Shown here piece by piece: positions 1 to 9,606 of a DNA stretch of 64,000 nucleotides (position 1 is the first letter of the stretch; each line of letters starts with the position of its first letter). Source of the stretch: an uncultured Clostridium sp. GTDB taxonomy: Bacteria; Bacillota_I; Bacilli_A; RF39; UBA660. The DNA lies in NCBI GenBank assembly GCA_964589375.1, contig CAZPSA010000002.1:6975-70974 (forward strand), written 5' to 3'. The position numbers and the translations under genes were made by a program. Under the pieces are notes generated by a model. The model was not told where the DNA came from and did not search any database. It was given only the letters and a program-made list of their open reading frames with translations.

Positions 1-306
1 ATTACTAAACTTTAAACCATAATCGCCATTATTATCAAATATAATTTTATTGTAGTAAGAATAACCATCGACTTTAGTAGCACTAGTATAATCGTTCATA
101 TTACTTTCATCACTAACGATCTCTAAATTACTATAAACATCAATTATTTCTTTATAAGTACTACCACCAGAAAAGACAATATCTTTTTTATTATTAATAA
201 TTAATTCATCACTTATCTTATCGTTAGAAATATTAACGTTATATGTCGCATCACATCCACAAAGTAACAAAACAAATCCAATTAAGCAAAATACTTTTCT
301 CTTCAT
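1..306 (-). CDS. Lipoprotein, 5' part only (runs off window edge); next gene of the T4SS-like operon
   Basis: Not in ORF track. ATG at 306, GGAG RBS at 311-314; reads MKRKVFCLIGFVLLLCGCDATYNVNISND with lipobox L-C-G-C; open to position 1. Confidence 0.8.
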   Translation of the reverse strand, partial: MKRKVFCLIGFVLLLCGCDATYNVNISNDKISDELIINNKKDIVFSGGSTYKEIIDVYSNLEIVSDESNMNDYTSATKVDGYSYYNKIIFDNNGDYGLKFSN

Positions 307-314
307 ATTTCTCC

Positions 315-1442
315 TTAACAATTGCTAGCAAAATAATTACTCATACTTTTTATTTGCATTCCATAGGCATTAATTTTTGCTTGGTCATATGTACTAAATA
401 TTAGTCCAATTTTTCCAGCAGACTCTACCGTCGTAAAATAATCGCCATTATTTTGCAGAATTAAAACGATATGCCCAGTACTAACTAATATATCACCAGC
501 ACCAGCTTCTGCCCAAGATATTGGAGTAGATATATCTAAAAAACCATAGGTTGTCATTGAAAAGTTTCGACCAAGGACATTTCCAACTGCCCAAGATACA
601 AAACCAGAACAATCATAACCAACATTATAATAGTAATAATCTCCAGAATATGATTCTGCCGTAGGCGACCCTAAATTGCCGTCAACCCCCATATAAGTTG
701 TCCCAGAGTGGCCACCACCCCAATAATATGGAATACGGTAACCATATTCTCCAACCCCTTTAACTAAAGTACTAGCTACCTCAGCTACGGTTTCTTTATT
801 GCAACTGCTTTTAGCAATACTTAATATTTCTTCATTTAATTTATTATAATTTTCTGAACCAATAGCACTAATTAAGGAAACAGTCAGTAAATTATTACCA
901 GTTGTTCCACCTTCGACACTTCCACCACTAGAAAAAGAACCATTACTATTACTGCCTGATGACATTTGCGCACTATTACTATTATTTACTATATCCAAAT
1001 TAGCACCATTATTAGAAGTTAAAAGAGTTAAAAACATAATAAATATAAGCGCTGCTCCGCCGCCAACTGCACATATTATAAGTTTAGTTTTTAAAGATAT
1101 TTTCTTTTTACCAAATAAATTAAGCCCGTTTTTTAAGGCAGTATTTCCATTGGCATCTTTACTATTATCACTACTTTTGGAATTATTATCATCAGCTCCA
1201 TCATAACTATTATCTGCAACCGAATTTTCTGGCTTATTCAAATCATTTTGCCTAGCATTAAAATCAATTACATTATTATCAAGATTATTATCTTCTTCAA
1301 CCATATCTTCTTCATAATCTAAAGCACTTGTTCCATCATAATAACCATACCCACTATTTCTTCTTAAATCACTAACAATATGGGCCTTATTACTATAACC
1401 ATTAAAAGAGGTAATATTTTGTTTTTTACCATTACTATCCAT
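315..1442 (-). CDS. Membrane-anchored NlpC/P60 cell-wall endopeptidase (VirB1/CwlT-like role)
   Basis: PYYWGGG, GYDCSGFVSW catalytic Cys motif, AGDILV..GHI His; TM at about aa 120-140; Ser/Gly linker; acidic Asn-rich N-terminus. Confidence 0.85.
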   Translation of the reverse strand: MDSNGKKQNITSFNGYSNKAHIVSDLRRNSGYGYYDGTSALDYEEDMVEEDNNLDNNVIDFNARQNDLNKPENSVADNSYDGADDNNSKSSDNSKDANGNTALKNGLNLFGKKKISLKTKLIICAVGGGAALIFIMFLTLLTSNNGANLDIVNNSNSAQMSSGSNSNGSFSSGGSVEGGTTGNNLLTVSLISAIGSENYNKLNEEILSIAKSSCNKETVAEVASTLVKGVGEYGYRIPYYWGGGHSGTTYMGVDGNLGSPTAESYSGDYYYYNVGYDCSGFVSWAVGNVLGRNFSMTTYGFLDISTPISWAEAGAGDILVSTGHIVLILQNNGDYFTTVESAGKIGLIFSTYDQAKINAYGMQIKSMSNYFASNC

Positions 1443-1459
1443 TATATTACCTCCTTTCT

Positions 1460-1933
1460 TTAATTAATAACTACTTTATAGTCCATTACACTATTTTCCC
1501 AAAAATAAAACTTATTTCCGGCACTATCAAGAACGTATAAACCTTTTTTGCCATCATCTGAGATACTTCCATATTTAGAAACTAAAGCACTTTCAAACTT
1601 TAATGTTTTAATCTCATTAATATAATAAAGAAATGACTCATAATCAGAAAATCTATCTTCCTTTTCTTCTTCATCAAGTAATTCATAAGCTTTCTCAGGA
1701 TAGTATAACATAAAATTAACATACTCTGCTAAATACTTTTTAGCTAACTGTTCTTTATCAACATAAATTGGAATTATTTCATTTATTTTATAATCTTTTA
1801 TATAATTACCACTATCATTTTGAAAATAAAACTCATCTTCGTTTTTATTTATAATAAAAGCACTAATAATAGCTAAAATAATAAAGAAAGCACAAACAAT
1901 TAATACTTTTTTATTATAAGTTAGATTATTCAT
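1460..1933 (-). CDS. Single-TM protein, possible VirB8/TcpC-like (NTF2-fold) T4SS subunit
   Basis: Likely start MNNL at 1933 (AGGGGTGA RBS; ATGAATAA overlap with upstream stop); N-terminal TM then ~120 aa soluble domain; similar to neighbour (ELLDEEEK vs TLLNDEYK). Confidence 0.5.
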   Translation of the reverse strand: MNNLTYNKKVLIVCAFFIILAIISAFIINKNEDEFYFQNDSGNYIKDYKINEIIPIYVDKEQLAKKYLAEYVNFMLYYPEKAYELLDEEEKEDRFSDYESFLYYINEIKTLKFESALVSKYGSISDDGKKGLYVLDSAGNKFYFWENSVMDYKVVIN

Positions 1934-2432
1934 TAATATCACCCCTATTTTTAAATATTTCTCCATTATAAGGCGTAACATCATATATATTATTTTCTTT
2001 ATTAGTTTCAATTATCAAATAATAATCATCCATTATCTTTAAACTATCAATTGTTTCTTCCATCAAATAACCCGAAACATAAAATTTATTATTATCTTGA
2101 TACATTTTTTTAGCTTGAAATGTAGTTTTATTTTTAATTTCTCCGGTATAATTATAAATATTATCTTTATTTATATTATGTTTATTCTTATATTCATCAT
2201 TAAGCAAAGTTAATAAATCATCAGCATTCTTACTTTTAATTACATTTAAATAACGATTAACACAGTTTTCAATTGTAAAAAAATTAGAATAATTGGTTAC
2301 TATTTTATATTTATCTTCACTTAACCCTTCATTTTTATTATCTTTTTTATTAAGTACTAAAACTAGTAATATTATAAATATTCCTAAAATTATTATTAAA
2401 TATAAATCCTTTTTATCTTTTATTATCTTCAT
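1926..2432 (-). CDS. Single-TM protein, apparent paralogue of 1460-1933, possible VirB8-like subunit
   Basis: Likely start MKIIK at 2432 after AGGAAA; N-terminal TM; located in the T4SS operon. Confidence 0.5.
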   Translation of the reverse strand: MKIIKDKKDLYLIIILGIFIILLVLVLNKKDNKNEGLSEDKYKIVTNYSNFFTIENCVNRYLNVIKSKNADDLLTLLNDEYKNKHNINKDNIYNYTGEIKNKTTFQAKKMYQDNNKFYVSGYLMEETIDSLKIMDDYYLIIETNKENNIYDVTPYNGEIFKNRGDINE

Positions 2433-2442
2433 ATCTAGTTTC

Positions 2443-4599
2443 CTAACTATAGGTTCCATCATAGATACCATTTACAAATAAATTGCATTCTTTTTGCCTT
2501 CTCTTTTTGAGAGTACTTGCATAATAACCACCTGATGCTTTATTTAACCACCAGTTTGAACAAAGACTTTCTGATGAACCATATATATTATAAGCATTCA
2601 CAAAACCATCGATATTGCCGCAATTATATTTTAAACTTGTTAAAGCGTCTATTTGATTAACATTTAAATTTATTCCGGCACTGGCAAGGGTCATTCTAAT
2701 ACTATCAGATTTTTCTATCAGCACTTCACCAAATATTTGATCAATGACATTAATTGGAAAAGTCTTTCCACAATAACTGTTAAAACCACCAGATGAGTTT
2801 AAAGAATACCCATACTTAGCAAATTTATCATAATTGTATGTAAGGGTTATACCAGGTCCAACGGTTGGAACATCAGCAGTATTGCAATACACTACGTAAT
2901 TATCACCACTAATAGGACCAGTCCCTTCTAATCCTAAAAGCATATTTACTAAATCTCCACTCGCATTTGTAGGCCTAGAGTTTTCAATACTAACATAATT
3001 ATTAGGGTCAACCGCAGATGCTTTTGAAGAACCAGCTCTTATTTCAAAATGAAGCATTGTTCTAGTAGTTTTTCCACTTGCTCCCATTTTGCCAATTACC
3101 TCACCTTGACTAACCGCATCTCCGACATTTACAGTAATTGTTCCTTCATGTAAATGGGCATATAATGTCTGATTACCGCCTGCATGCGTAATTATAACAT
3201 AGTTTCCGTAACCACCGCCACATTCTTTATCATCATTACTTTTACAACTATTTTCTACTTCACTAACTGTACCATTTGATACGGCAATAATATTAGTTGC
3301 TCCTACAGTATCATTTGCAATAATATCTATCCCATAATTATTATTATATTCATTTAAGACATCATCTCTGCTCATGCCATAATTTCGGTAAATACTTGAT
3401 GTTGCTGGCTCACCAGTAGCAAAGATTTTTCCATTATCCTCAGTTGTTTCTACACTACCAATTGGCCACCAATAACTATTTGATGTAGTGCTACTTAAAT
3501 TAGTAACACTACCATTTATACTATAGCCATTATAATCTTTTAATATTTTCTTGATATAATCAATTATATTATTTCTAGCTTTCTTTATTTCTTCATCATA
3601 CTCTTTTAAAATTTCCGCGGTGGCGTTATCATAAAATTCCGTCATTGAACTATATCCTGATTTATTTAAAACCTTTGCATAATAATATTGTAAATGAGGC
3701 TTTGTATCAAAATAGTTTCCATCAGCTAAAAACTGCCAATAATAATTTTCATCAACAACTTTAGTACTATCAACTGAGTACTTCGCATTTGAAAAACCGG
3801 CATTACTAACTTCATTTATACAATCATTTGTCCCATTACTTTTAAGTCCAAAGAAATTTATATTACTAGTAAACTTTTCCCAAGCTCCAACTAAATTAGT
3901 TGATACTGTCGCGGCACAAACCTCATGATCACTTAAATTATTTGTTGGCGTACCTAAATCACAAACCAAAAATTCTTCTTCCTTTGAAGTAACAGTCCCA
4001 TCCTCGTTTGTTTCAGTTATAGTCCTTGTTTCAAATGTTCCTTCTTTATAACCAATACAAGTACTGCGATAACCAATCATTGACTTAATAAGAAGTTTTA
4101 AGGTGTCTGTTTCATTAGCAAAATAAGCAGCAAGGCTTTCATCATCATTATCAGGATCGTAACTATCAATATTTTCTCCACTATCATAATTATATGCTGA
4201 TTTATCAGTACCATATAATTTTTTATATTTTTCGCCATTATCACTAAATAAATCTAAAGATAAATTAAAATATACAGTCGCAATAATAATTAAGTCTGAG
4301 TTTTCATTAAATTTAACGCCTTTTCTTTCATACTTAGCTAATATTTTATAAAGTCTAGTATAAAATTCTCTTTGAGATTCAAGCATTTTCTCATTACAAT
4401 TTTCTTCATCGGTATCACCAGCACAATCTCTTGTCCAATAACCTTTATTTAATTTTGCAAATTCATCAAAATCAAAATCACTATATTTAAAACTAGCAGC
4501 ACCAGTATTAACTTTTAAGCTAAAAAAGCTAATCAAAAAAACTGATACAATAAGTATCATTCTTTTTAATAAACTATTGTTGGTCTTATTTTTTAACAT
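2443..4599 (-). CDS. Secreted multidomain protein: N-terminal domain + degenerate M23/LytM + C-terminal GH24 phage-type lysozyme
   Basis: Signal peptide; M23 fold motifs GGYGNYVII, YAHL, VSQGEVIGKMGASG, LHFEIR; lysozyme motifs LEG, PTVGPG, LNVNQIDALTSLKYNCG, LKKRRQKECNLF. Confidence 0.8.
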   Translation of the reverse strand: MLKNKTNNSLLKRMILIVSVFLISFFSLKVNTGAASFKYSDFDFDEFAKLNKGYWTRDCAGDTDEENCNEKMLESQREFYTRLYKILAKYERKGVKFNENSDLIIIATVYFNLSLDLFSDNGEKYKKLYGTDKSAYNYDSGENIDSYDPDNDDESLAAYFANETDTLKLLIKSMIGYRSTCIGYKEGTFETRTITETNEDGTVTSKEEEFLVCDLGTPTNNLSDHEVCAATVSTNLVGAWEKFTSNINFFGLKSNGTNDCINEVSNAGFSNAKYSVDSTKVVDENYYWQFLADGNYFDTKPHLQYYYAKVLNKSGYSSMTEFYDNATAEILKEYDEEIKKARNNIIDYIKKILKDYNGYSINGSVTNLSSTTSNSYWWPIGSVETTEDNGKIFATGEPATSSIYRNYGMSRDDVLNEYNNNYGIDIIANDTVGATNIIAVSNGTVSEVENSCKSNDDKECGGGYGNYVIITHAGGNQTLYAHLHEGTITVNVGDAVSQGEVIGKMGASGKTTRTMLHFEIRAGSSKASAVDPNNYVSIENSRPTNASGDLVNMLLGLEGTGPISGDNYVVYCNTADVPTVGPGITLTYNYDKFAKYGYSLNSSGGFNSYCGKTFPINVIDQIFGEVLIEKSDSIRMTLASAGINLNVNQIDALTSLKYNCGNIDGFVNAYNIYGSSESLCSNWWLNKASGGYYASTLKKRRQKECNLFVNGIYDGTYS

Positions 4600-4619
4600 A
4601 CTGGCACCACCTTTAAAAC

Positions 4620-6416
4620 CTATAGTCCTCCACCAGAACCAAATGAATCTAACTCTTCTTGAGTTAAAACAACATTAATTCTCATTCTTCGATTGCCACA
4701 TACAAACAAAGCTTCCCCTTGACTATAAGTCTTTATACTTTCTTTTTCATTATCATTTAAATCAATAAGTTTAGATAAATCTTCAACAGCTTGTTTCTTT
4801 AATCCCATAACTAAGTAATATGAAGCATTATCAAATATTGCTTTACCATGCATAATTACATTATCAGCGGCAAAATCAGTTGGCTGCTGAGTAATAATTA
4901 TTGTTCCGGTATTATATTTACGACTTCTTCTTTGAATTTGCGCTAAGAACTCTGCCCCTAATTCATTTTTAGCTGATAACAAAACATGTGCTTCATCAAC
5001 ATACATTACAGTATTAGTTTCTTTATCCAAACATAATCCCCATGCATATTTTAAAATATTGAAGAATAACGCATTACGAATATTTTCATCACTATTCATA
5101 AGTTCTTTAATATTAAATACGATAAAATCACTATCAGTTTGCAAAGTTGTATGGCCATTAAAATAGTATCTTAATTCTTTAACAAAAGGTCTAACTCTAA
5201 GTTCTAATCTTTCCATAACATCTTTTTCTCTTGTTGCCTCAGGCATAGATAAAAGTTTTCCCTTTATTGTTGCATAAACATCATCAAATGTCGGATAATC
5301 TTTACTAGTTAAATGGCTAAAATCATTTTCAAAACCAATTCCAAATCTTTTATAAGTATCTTGAACTACCTCACTAAACATTGCAAGAACATCATCTTCA
5401 ATTGCCGGATAATAATATTTCATAAATGCTTTTAATGATTGCAAAGTTCTTGTTAAAACAGTATATCCTAAACCTTCAGCTAATTCTTCTTCATCTGCAT
5501 CAAAAACAACTTCTAATGGATTAATAATACCATATTCGCCGCCCTTACCTAAATCAATAAAGTCACCGCCAAAGTTCTTTGCCATTTCTTCAAGTTCGCC
5601 TTCTGGATCAATAGCAATTATTTTACAATTATTTCTAATATGGGTTCTAAGCATTAATTTAGCAGCAGTACTCTTACCAGAACCAGATGAACCAAGAATA
5701 ATTAAATTAGCATTATTACGATTAAATTCTTTTTTTATTTGATATAGAAACTGATTAAACAAAACAACCCCACCAGAGAAATCAACACCTAAAAGAGTTG
5801 CTGATCCCGGATCTTTTATACTATCAAATACAAATGGATACATTGCGGCAATAGTTGGACTAGGAATAGGTATTCCCACGCGATCTTCAATATCTTGTTT
5901 AGGAAATATTGGAAGCATAGATTTTAATACTTTTTCTTGCTCAAACATCATTGGAATACCACGCATTCCCATAGCATCTAAATAATTTCTAAGTTGCATT
6001 TTTTTATTATCAAGTTCTTCTTGGGTATCTGCCGTTATCATTAAATGCATTTGAAAATCAAATATTTTAGATTGAGTTGCAGCTAACATCTGAACAAAAG
6101 ATTCTAAAGATTCATAATCTTGACGAATTCTTTCTTGAATTGTTCGATCATTTTCTTTTTGATATCTTGCTTTTAAATCGGCAATTTCTTTATTAATCAT
6201 TCTACTCATAGTTGAAAATTCAATCGGAATATGTTTTACAACAACTTTAACCCCTGGAATTTGCGTTATGTTTGATAAAAACCCCGGTCCAATAACTTTA
6301 GGATAACTTATAACTGTTAAAATAGTCGCATATTTATCACTAATCATAAACTCATTTATACTTTTACCAAAGTCTATACCTTTGGGAGCAATTTCACTTT
6401 TAAATGTATTAGACAT
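4620..6416 (-). CDS. virB4: VirB4-like type IV secretion ATPase (short, 598 aa)
   Basis: NANLIILGSSGSGKS Walker A, IDPEGE, INPLE, MYVDEAH Walker B, RRSRKYN, ITQQ. Confidence 0.9.
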   Translation of the reverse strand: MSNTFKSEIAPKGIDFGKSINEFMISDKYATILTVISYPKVIGPGFLSNITQIPGVKVVVKHIPIEFSTMSRMINKEIADLKARYQKENDRTIQERIRQDYESLESFVQMLAATQSKIFDFQMHLMITADTQEELDNKKMQLRNYLDAMGMRGIPMMFEQEKVLKSMLPIFPKQDIEDRVGIPIPSPTIAAMYPFVFDSIKDPGSATLLGVDFSGGVVLFNQFLYQIKKEFNRNNANLIILGSSGSGKSTAAKLMLRTHIRNNCKIIAIDPEGELEEMAKNFGGDFIDLGKGGEYGIINPLEVVFDADEEELAEGLGYTVLTRTLQSLKAFMKYYYPAIEDDVLAMFSEVVQDTYKRFGIGFENDFSHLTSKDYPTFDDVYATIKGKLLSMPEATREKDVMERLELRVRPFVKELRYYFNGHTTLQTDSDFIVFNIKELMNSDENIRNALFFNILKYAWGLCLDKETNTVMYVDEAHVLLSAKNELGAEFLAQIQRRSRKYNTGTIIITQQPTDFAADNVIMHGKAIFDNASYYLVMGLKKQAVEDLSKLIDLNDNEKESIKTYSQGEALFVCGNRRMRINVVLTQEELDSFGSGGGL

Positions 6417-6966
6417 TACTCATCACCGTCCCATATTCATTTTTAGCTCCCCCATTTAAGAAATTTTGCAATAAGAATTTTAAATCATCATCACTAGTTT
6501 GTCTTGAAACCATACCTAAAGATGCAAGATTACTAATTAATGTTTGAATTCTTTTTTGAACAACTTCTAACTTTTTATCTCTAAAAAGAATAAAGTATTC
6601 TGTATCTACGACATTAATAGCTTTGCTTTGAAACATTTCAGCTTTAGAAATATCTTCAGCAATTACCTTTCTAATTGATTGTGATGGTGCATTGTCAAAT
6701 TGAAGCTGTAAATTAGATATATATAATTTAATATCAACTGGTCTATCTGCTACAATAAGCCAAAATTCATAATTAATTGTATTGTAAAAATTTCTAAAAT
6801 TAAACAATATATTATTTTGAGTTTGATAATCTAATATAAAGATATTTTTAGGTTCTATCTTTATACCTGTAACATAATAATTGTTATCTAAAATTATCAT
6901 TCCTCTTTCGATTGTTTTAACTGGAAGCCAATCCTCCGTATATTTACTTTGTGTTGTCTTTGCCAT
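6409..6966 (-). CDS. TraC/TrsD-like VirB4 partner (resembles a free-standing VirB4 N-terminal domain)
   Basis: TEDWLPVKTIERGMIIL..PKNIFILDYQTQ..F.NFYNTINYEF..RPVDI..YI pattern; overlaps virB4 start and prgI end. Confidence 0.65.
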   Translation of the reverse strand: MAKTTQSKYTEDWLPVKTIERGMIILDNNYYVTGIKIEPKNIFILDYQTQNNILFNFRNFYNTINYEFWLIVADRPVDIKLYISNLQLQFDNAPSQSIRKVIAEDISKAEMFQSKAINVVDTEYFILFRDKKLEVVQKRIQTLISNLASLGMVSRQTSDDDLKFLLQNFLNGGAKNEYGTVMSNV

Positions 6967-7267
6967 AATTCACACACCAACCTCTCCAAAAATATCTTCT
7001 TCTATTTGAATAATAATTATATATATTTATAATAAGTGTCATAACATTATGTTGATTAGGTATTGGTAAGATTAAAAATGTACTTACCAGAGCCGGAACT
7101 AGGATAATGATTGCCCCTTTAAGACTATCAGCACTCATCGTAAACATAAAGATAAGAGTTATAAGAAGTCCCGTACCAAATACTATTAAATCAAGTTTAT
7201 TAAACAGCCCTAAAATTAACATTGATTTTTTCGAGTTAGCTGGTATTAAATAGTTATTATTTCCCAC
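6944..7267 (-). CDS. PrgI/VirB3-like two-TM protein
   Basis: GTG start with AGGAGG RBS; YLIPAN N-terminus, two hydrophobic helices, aromatic/basic tail; lies between virB6 and virB4. Confidence 0.7.
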   Translation of the reverse strand: MGNNNYLIPANSKKSMLILGLFNKLDLIVFGTGLLITLIFMFTMSADSLKGAIIILVPALVSTFLILPIPNQHNVMTLIINIYNYYSNRRRYFWRGWCVNYGKDNTK

Positions 7268-7288
7268 TTTTCATTCCTCCTAAGCGTA

Positions 7289-9589
7289 TTATTTTTTATC
7301 TTCTTTTTCGCCCATATGAGCTGTAGCCCATTCGGTAACTTTAGTTTCTTTAGTATTATTAATTGAGGCTTGCATACCTGAAACTGTACTATATAGTGAG
7401 CCAAATTTTTCGTTAATTTCGGTATCAGTAATTTTAATTTTTCCATCATCGTCAAAGTAATCACTGTGATGTTCATTTATGTCTTTAACCATTTTATTTA
7501 ATTCATCTAATTTTAAATTAGTACCTTCAAATGCCTGAGGGTTATTTTCAACTGCCTTAGTTAATTGCTCCAATTGAGCCTTACCACGACTATCAAGTTT
7601 TTCATCAAATAATTTCATCATGGCTTTGCTACGCTCTAAATCACGATCAGCTTTTAACCCACTTAAATCGCCATTAAACTCCGGATTATTATTTGCGCTA
7701 TCATATAGTTTTTCTGCTCTTTCTACCCCAAACATTGGTTTCGTATATTCTTTCATTTTCTTAAGAGCACCAGTTGCTGTATCCATTGAGGCAATCATGG
7801 CATCATGAATAGTTTTGCCACCACCACCAGTTGCAAATGTATATAAATCTTCCAAATCATCTCTTATTGCCCCCTTAGCATACTTAAATTGAGCACCCAT
7901 AGAGGGTAATATATACTTGCCATAAGCATCTATTTCTGCTTCTTTTATAGCCGCTGATCTCATTGGTTTAATAAATTCTTTTTCAAATTTTGCAACTTTT
8001 TCCTCATCAGATAACGTTCCATCACTAAAAATACTATCATATGTTTGTCGATAAAGACCGCTATTGAACGCCTCACTATATTTTTTGTCATAAATATCTT
8101 GGGCTTTTTTCACAATCCTATTTTCAACAGCATCTTTCCCGCCATTTTCCCAGCCAAAATCCTTAAATTTATGATATCTATTCAAGGCATCCTGCTCATT
8201 AGCATCTGCTACACCTTTGGCTGTAACAACTGTTCTTTTCCACTTATCAAAACTATTTAAACCGTTACTTTGTGCCCATCCTTGATGTCCACCTCTAACT
8301 AAACCCGAAACCCCCATACCAAGTGTTTTAAGGGGTCGTACAATGCCCTGATTTTTACTACCTTTCCATGCATTTATCATATTACCAACACCTTTAGATA
8401 AAGCAGCAGCTCCCATGGCACTACCACGCATCGCATATTCATTATTTTCAAGCTTCTTCTTAATACGCCACTCTGGTATCTTCATACCAAATAAGTCTTC
8501 AATCATCTTTGGTGCTTCTTTAGCAAAAGCAAGTATTCCTAAAATTAATATTACAAACGTAATAAGTCTTATAAAACCATAATTACTAACTCCAGCCATT
8601 GCATCACCATTAAATACTCTGTCAATTGGTCCATTTTCAGCACAAATTAAAGATATCGAAAATATTGCAAAATAGATTACTATTAATCTTTCAAAAACCA
8701 TTAAATAAGTTTTACTTATTTCTTTAAACCATTTATCAAAGATCCCGCCTTTAGGTTTAGTAATTCTTAATACAATTGGTACCGGTGCAATTACTTGTAA
8801 AACTCCTAACTTAACAACTCTAGTTCCCATGTCAATTGCAAAAGATAAAATCAAATATGCAGCAAGGGCACCAGCAAGTGAACTAATTATAAAAAAATAC
8901 TGCATATCATCGCCAATGCGTTCTAATAAAGTGGCATCTTCAAGCCAGCCGCTTGTTCCAGTTAAGGCATATATATTCCCATTTCTTAAAGCATCATCCA
9001 CTCTTTCGGTATACATGTTACAAACATCATTATCACTTTTAAGGCAATCATTATAAGAATAAATCTTTCCATCTATAACCGGATGAAAAAAGCTAGTAAA
9101 CATTGTAAGTGATAATCCAGCGCCAGCATTGTCATTCGAAAAATCTCCATCGCTTTGATAACCAGTACCAAAAACAATATTTGATAGAACATTTGTTGAA
9201 ATAATTCTATCTTGTATTTTATTCATATAGCTAAAAGCCGTAGGTAAAAGAGCTATCATAACTAAAGAAATAATCAAATTTTTTACAATACCTTGTAATG
9301 AGTTATCGCCATCTTTTCCTAAGCCATCAGGATTAATTATTAAATTTAAGATATTATAAGCCAATATAAATAACATTACAACACCTAAAATGCTATAAAT
9401 TCTTTTTGTTAATATGGCCATTGGTCCACCATCATTCATATTAAATAACTCAATTTTTGTAATTACTCTAAATATTTGATAAGATACATTTACAAGAAAG
9501 TAAACCAAACTATCTAAAATAAGAAAAAAAGAATAAACTTTTTGGATAAACCAATCACCAATTCCACTATGCAATACTAAATTACTCAT
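7289..9589 (-). CDS. VirB6/TrbL-like polytopic channel protein with long cytoplasmic C-terminal tail
   Basis: Multiple TMs; R.VKLGVLQVIAPVPI, FDKWFK, AFAKEAPKMIEDLFG motifs typical of Gram-positive/ICE VirB6; ~380 aa charged tail. Confidence 0.75.
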   Translation of the reverse strand: MSNLVLHSGIGDWFIQKVYSFFLILDSLVYFLVNVSYQIFRVITKIELFNMNDGGPMAILTKRIYSILGVVMLFILAYNILNLIINPDGLGKDGDNSLQGIVKNLIISLVMIALLPTAFSYMNKIQDRIISTNVLSNIVFGTGYQSDGDFSNDNAGAGLSLTMFTSFFHPVIDGKIYSYNDCLKSDNDVCNMYTERVDDALRNGNIYALTGTSGWLEDATLLERIGDDMQYFFIISSLAGALAAYLILSFAIDMGTRVVKLGVLQVIAPVPIVLRITKPKGGIFDKWFKEISKTYLMVFERLIVIYFAIFSISLICAENGPIDRVFNGDAMAGVSNYGFIRLITFVILILGILAFAKEAPKMIEDLFGMKIPEWRIKKKLENNEYAMRGSAMGAAALSKGVGNMINAWKGSKNQGIVRPLKTLGMGVSGLVRGGHQGWAQSNGLNSFDKWKRTVVTAKGVADANEQDALNRYHKFKDFGWENGGKDAVENRIVKKAQDIYDKKYSEAFNSGLYRQTYDSIFSDGTLSDEEKVAKFEKEFIKPMRSAAIKEAEIDAYGKYILPSMGAQFKYAKGAIRDDLEDLYTFATGGGGKTIHDAMIASMDTATGALKKMKEYTKPMFGVERAEKLYDSANNNPEFNGDLSGLKADRDLERSKAMMKLFDEKLDSRGKAQLEQLTKAVENNPQAFEGTNLKLDELNKMVKDINEHHSDYFDDDGKIKITDTEINEKFGSLYSTVSGMQASINNTKETKVTEWATAHMGEKEDKK

Positions 9590-9606
9590 ATTATTTTCCT
9601 TTCTTA

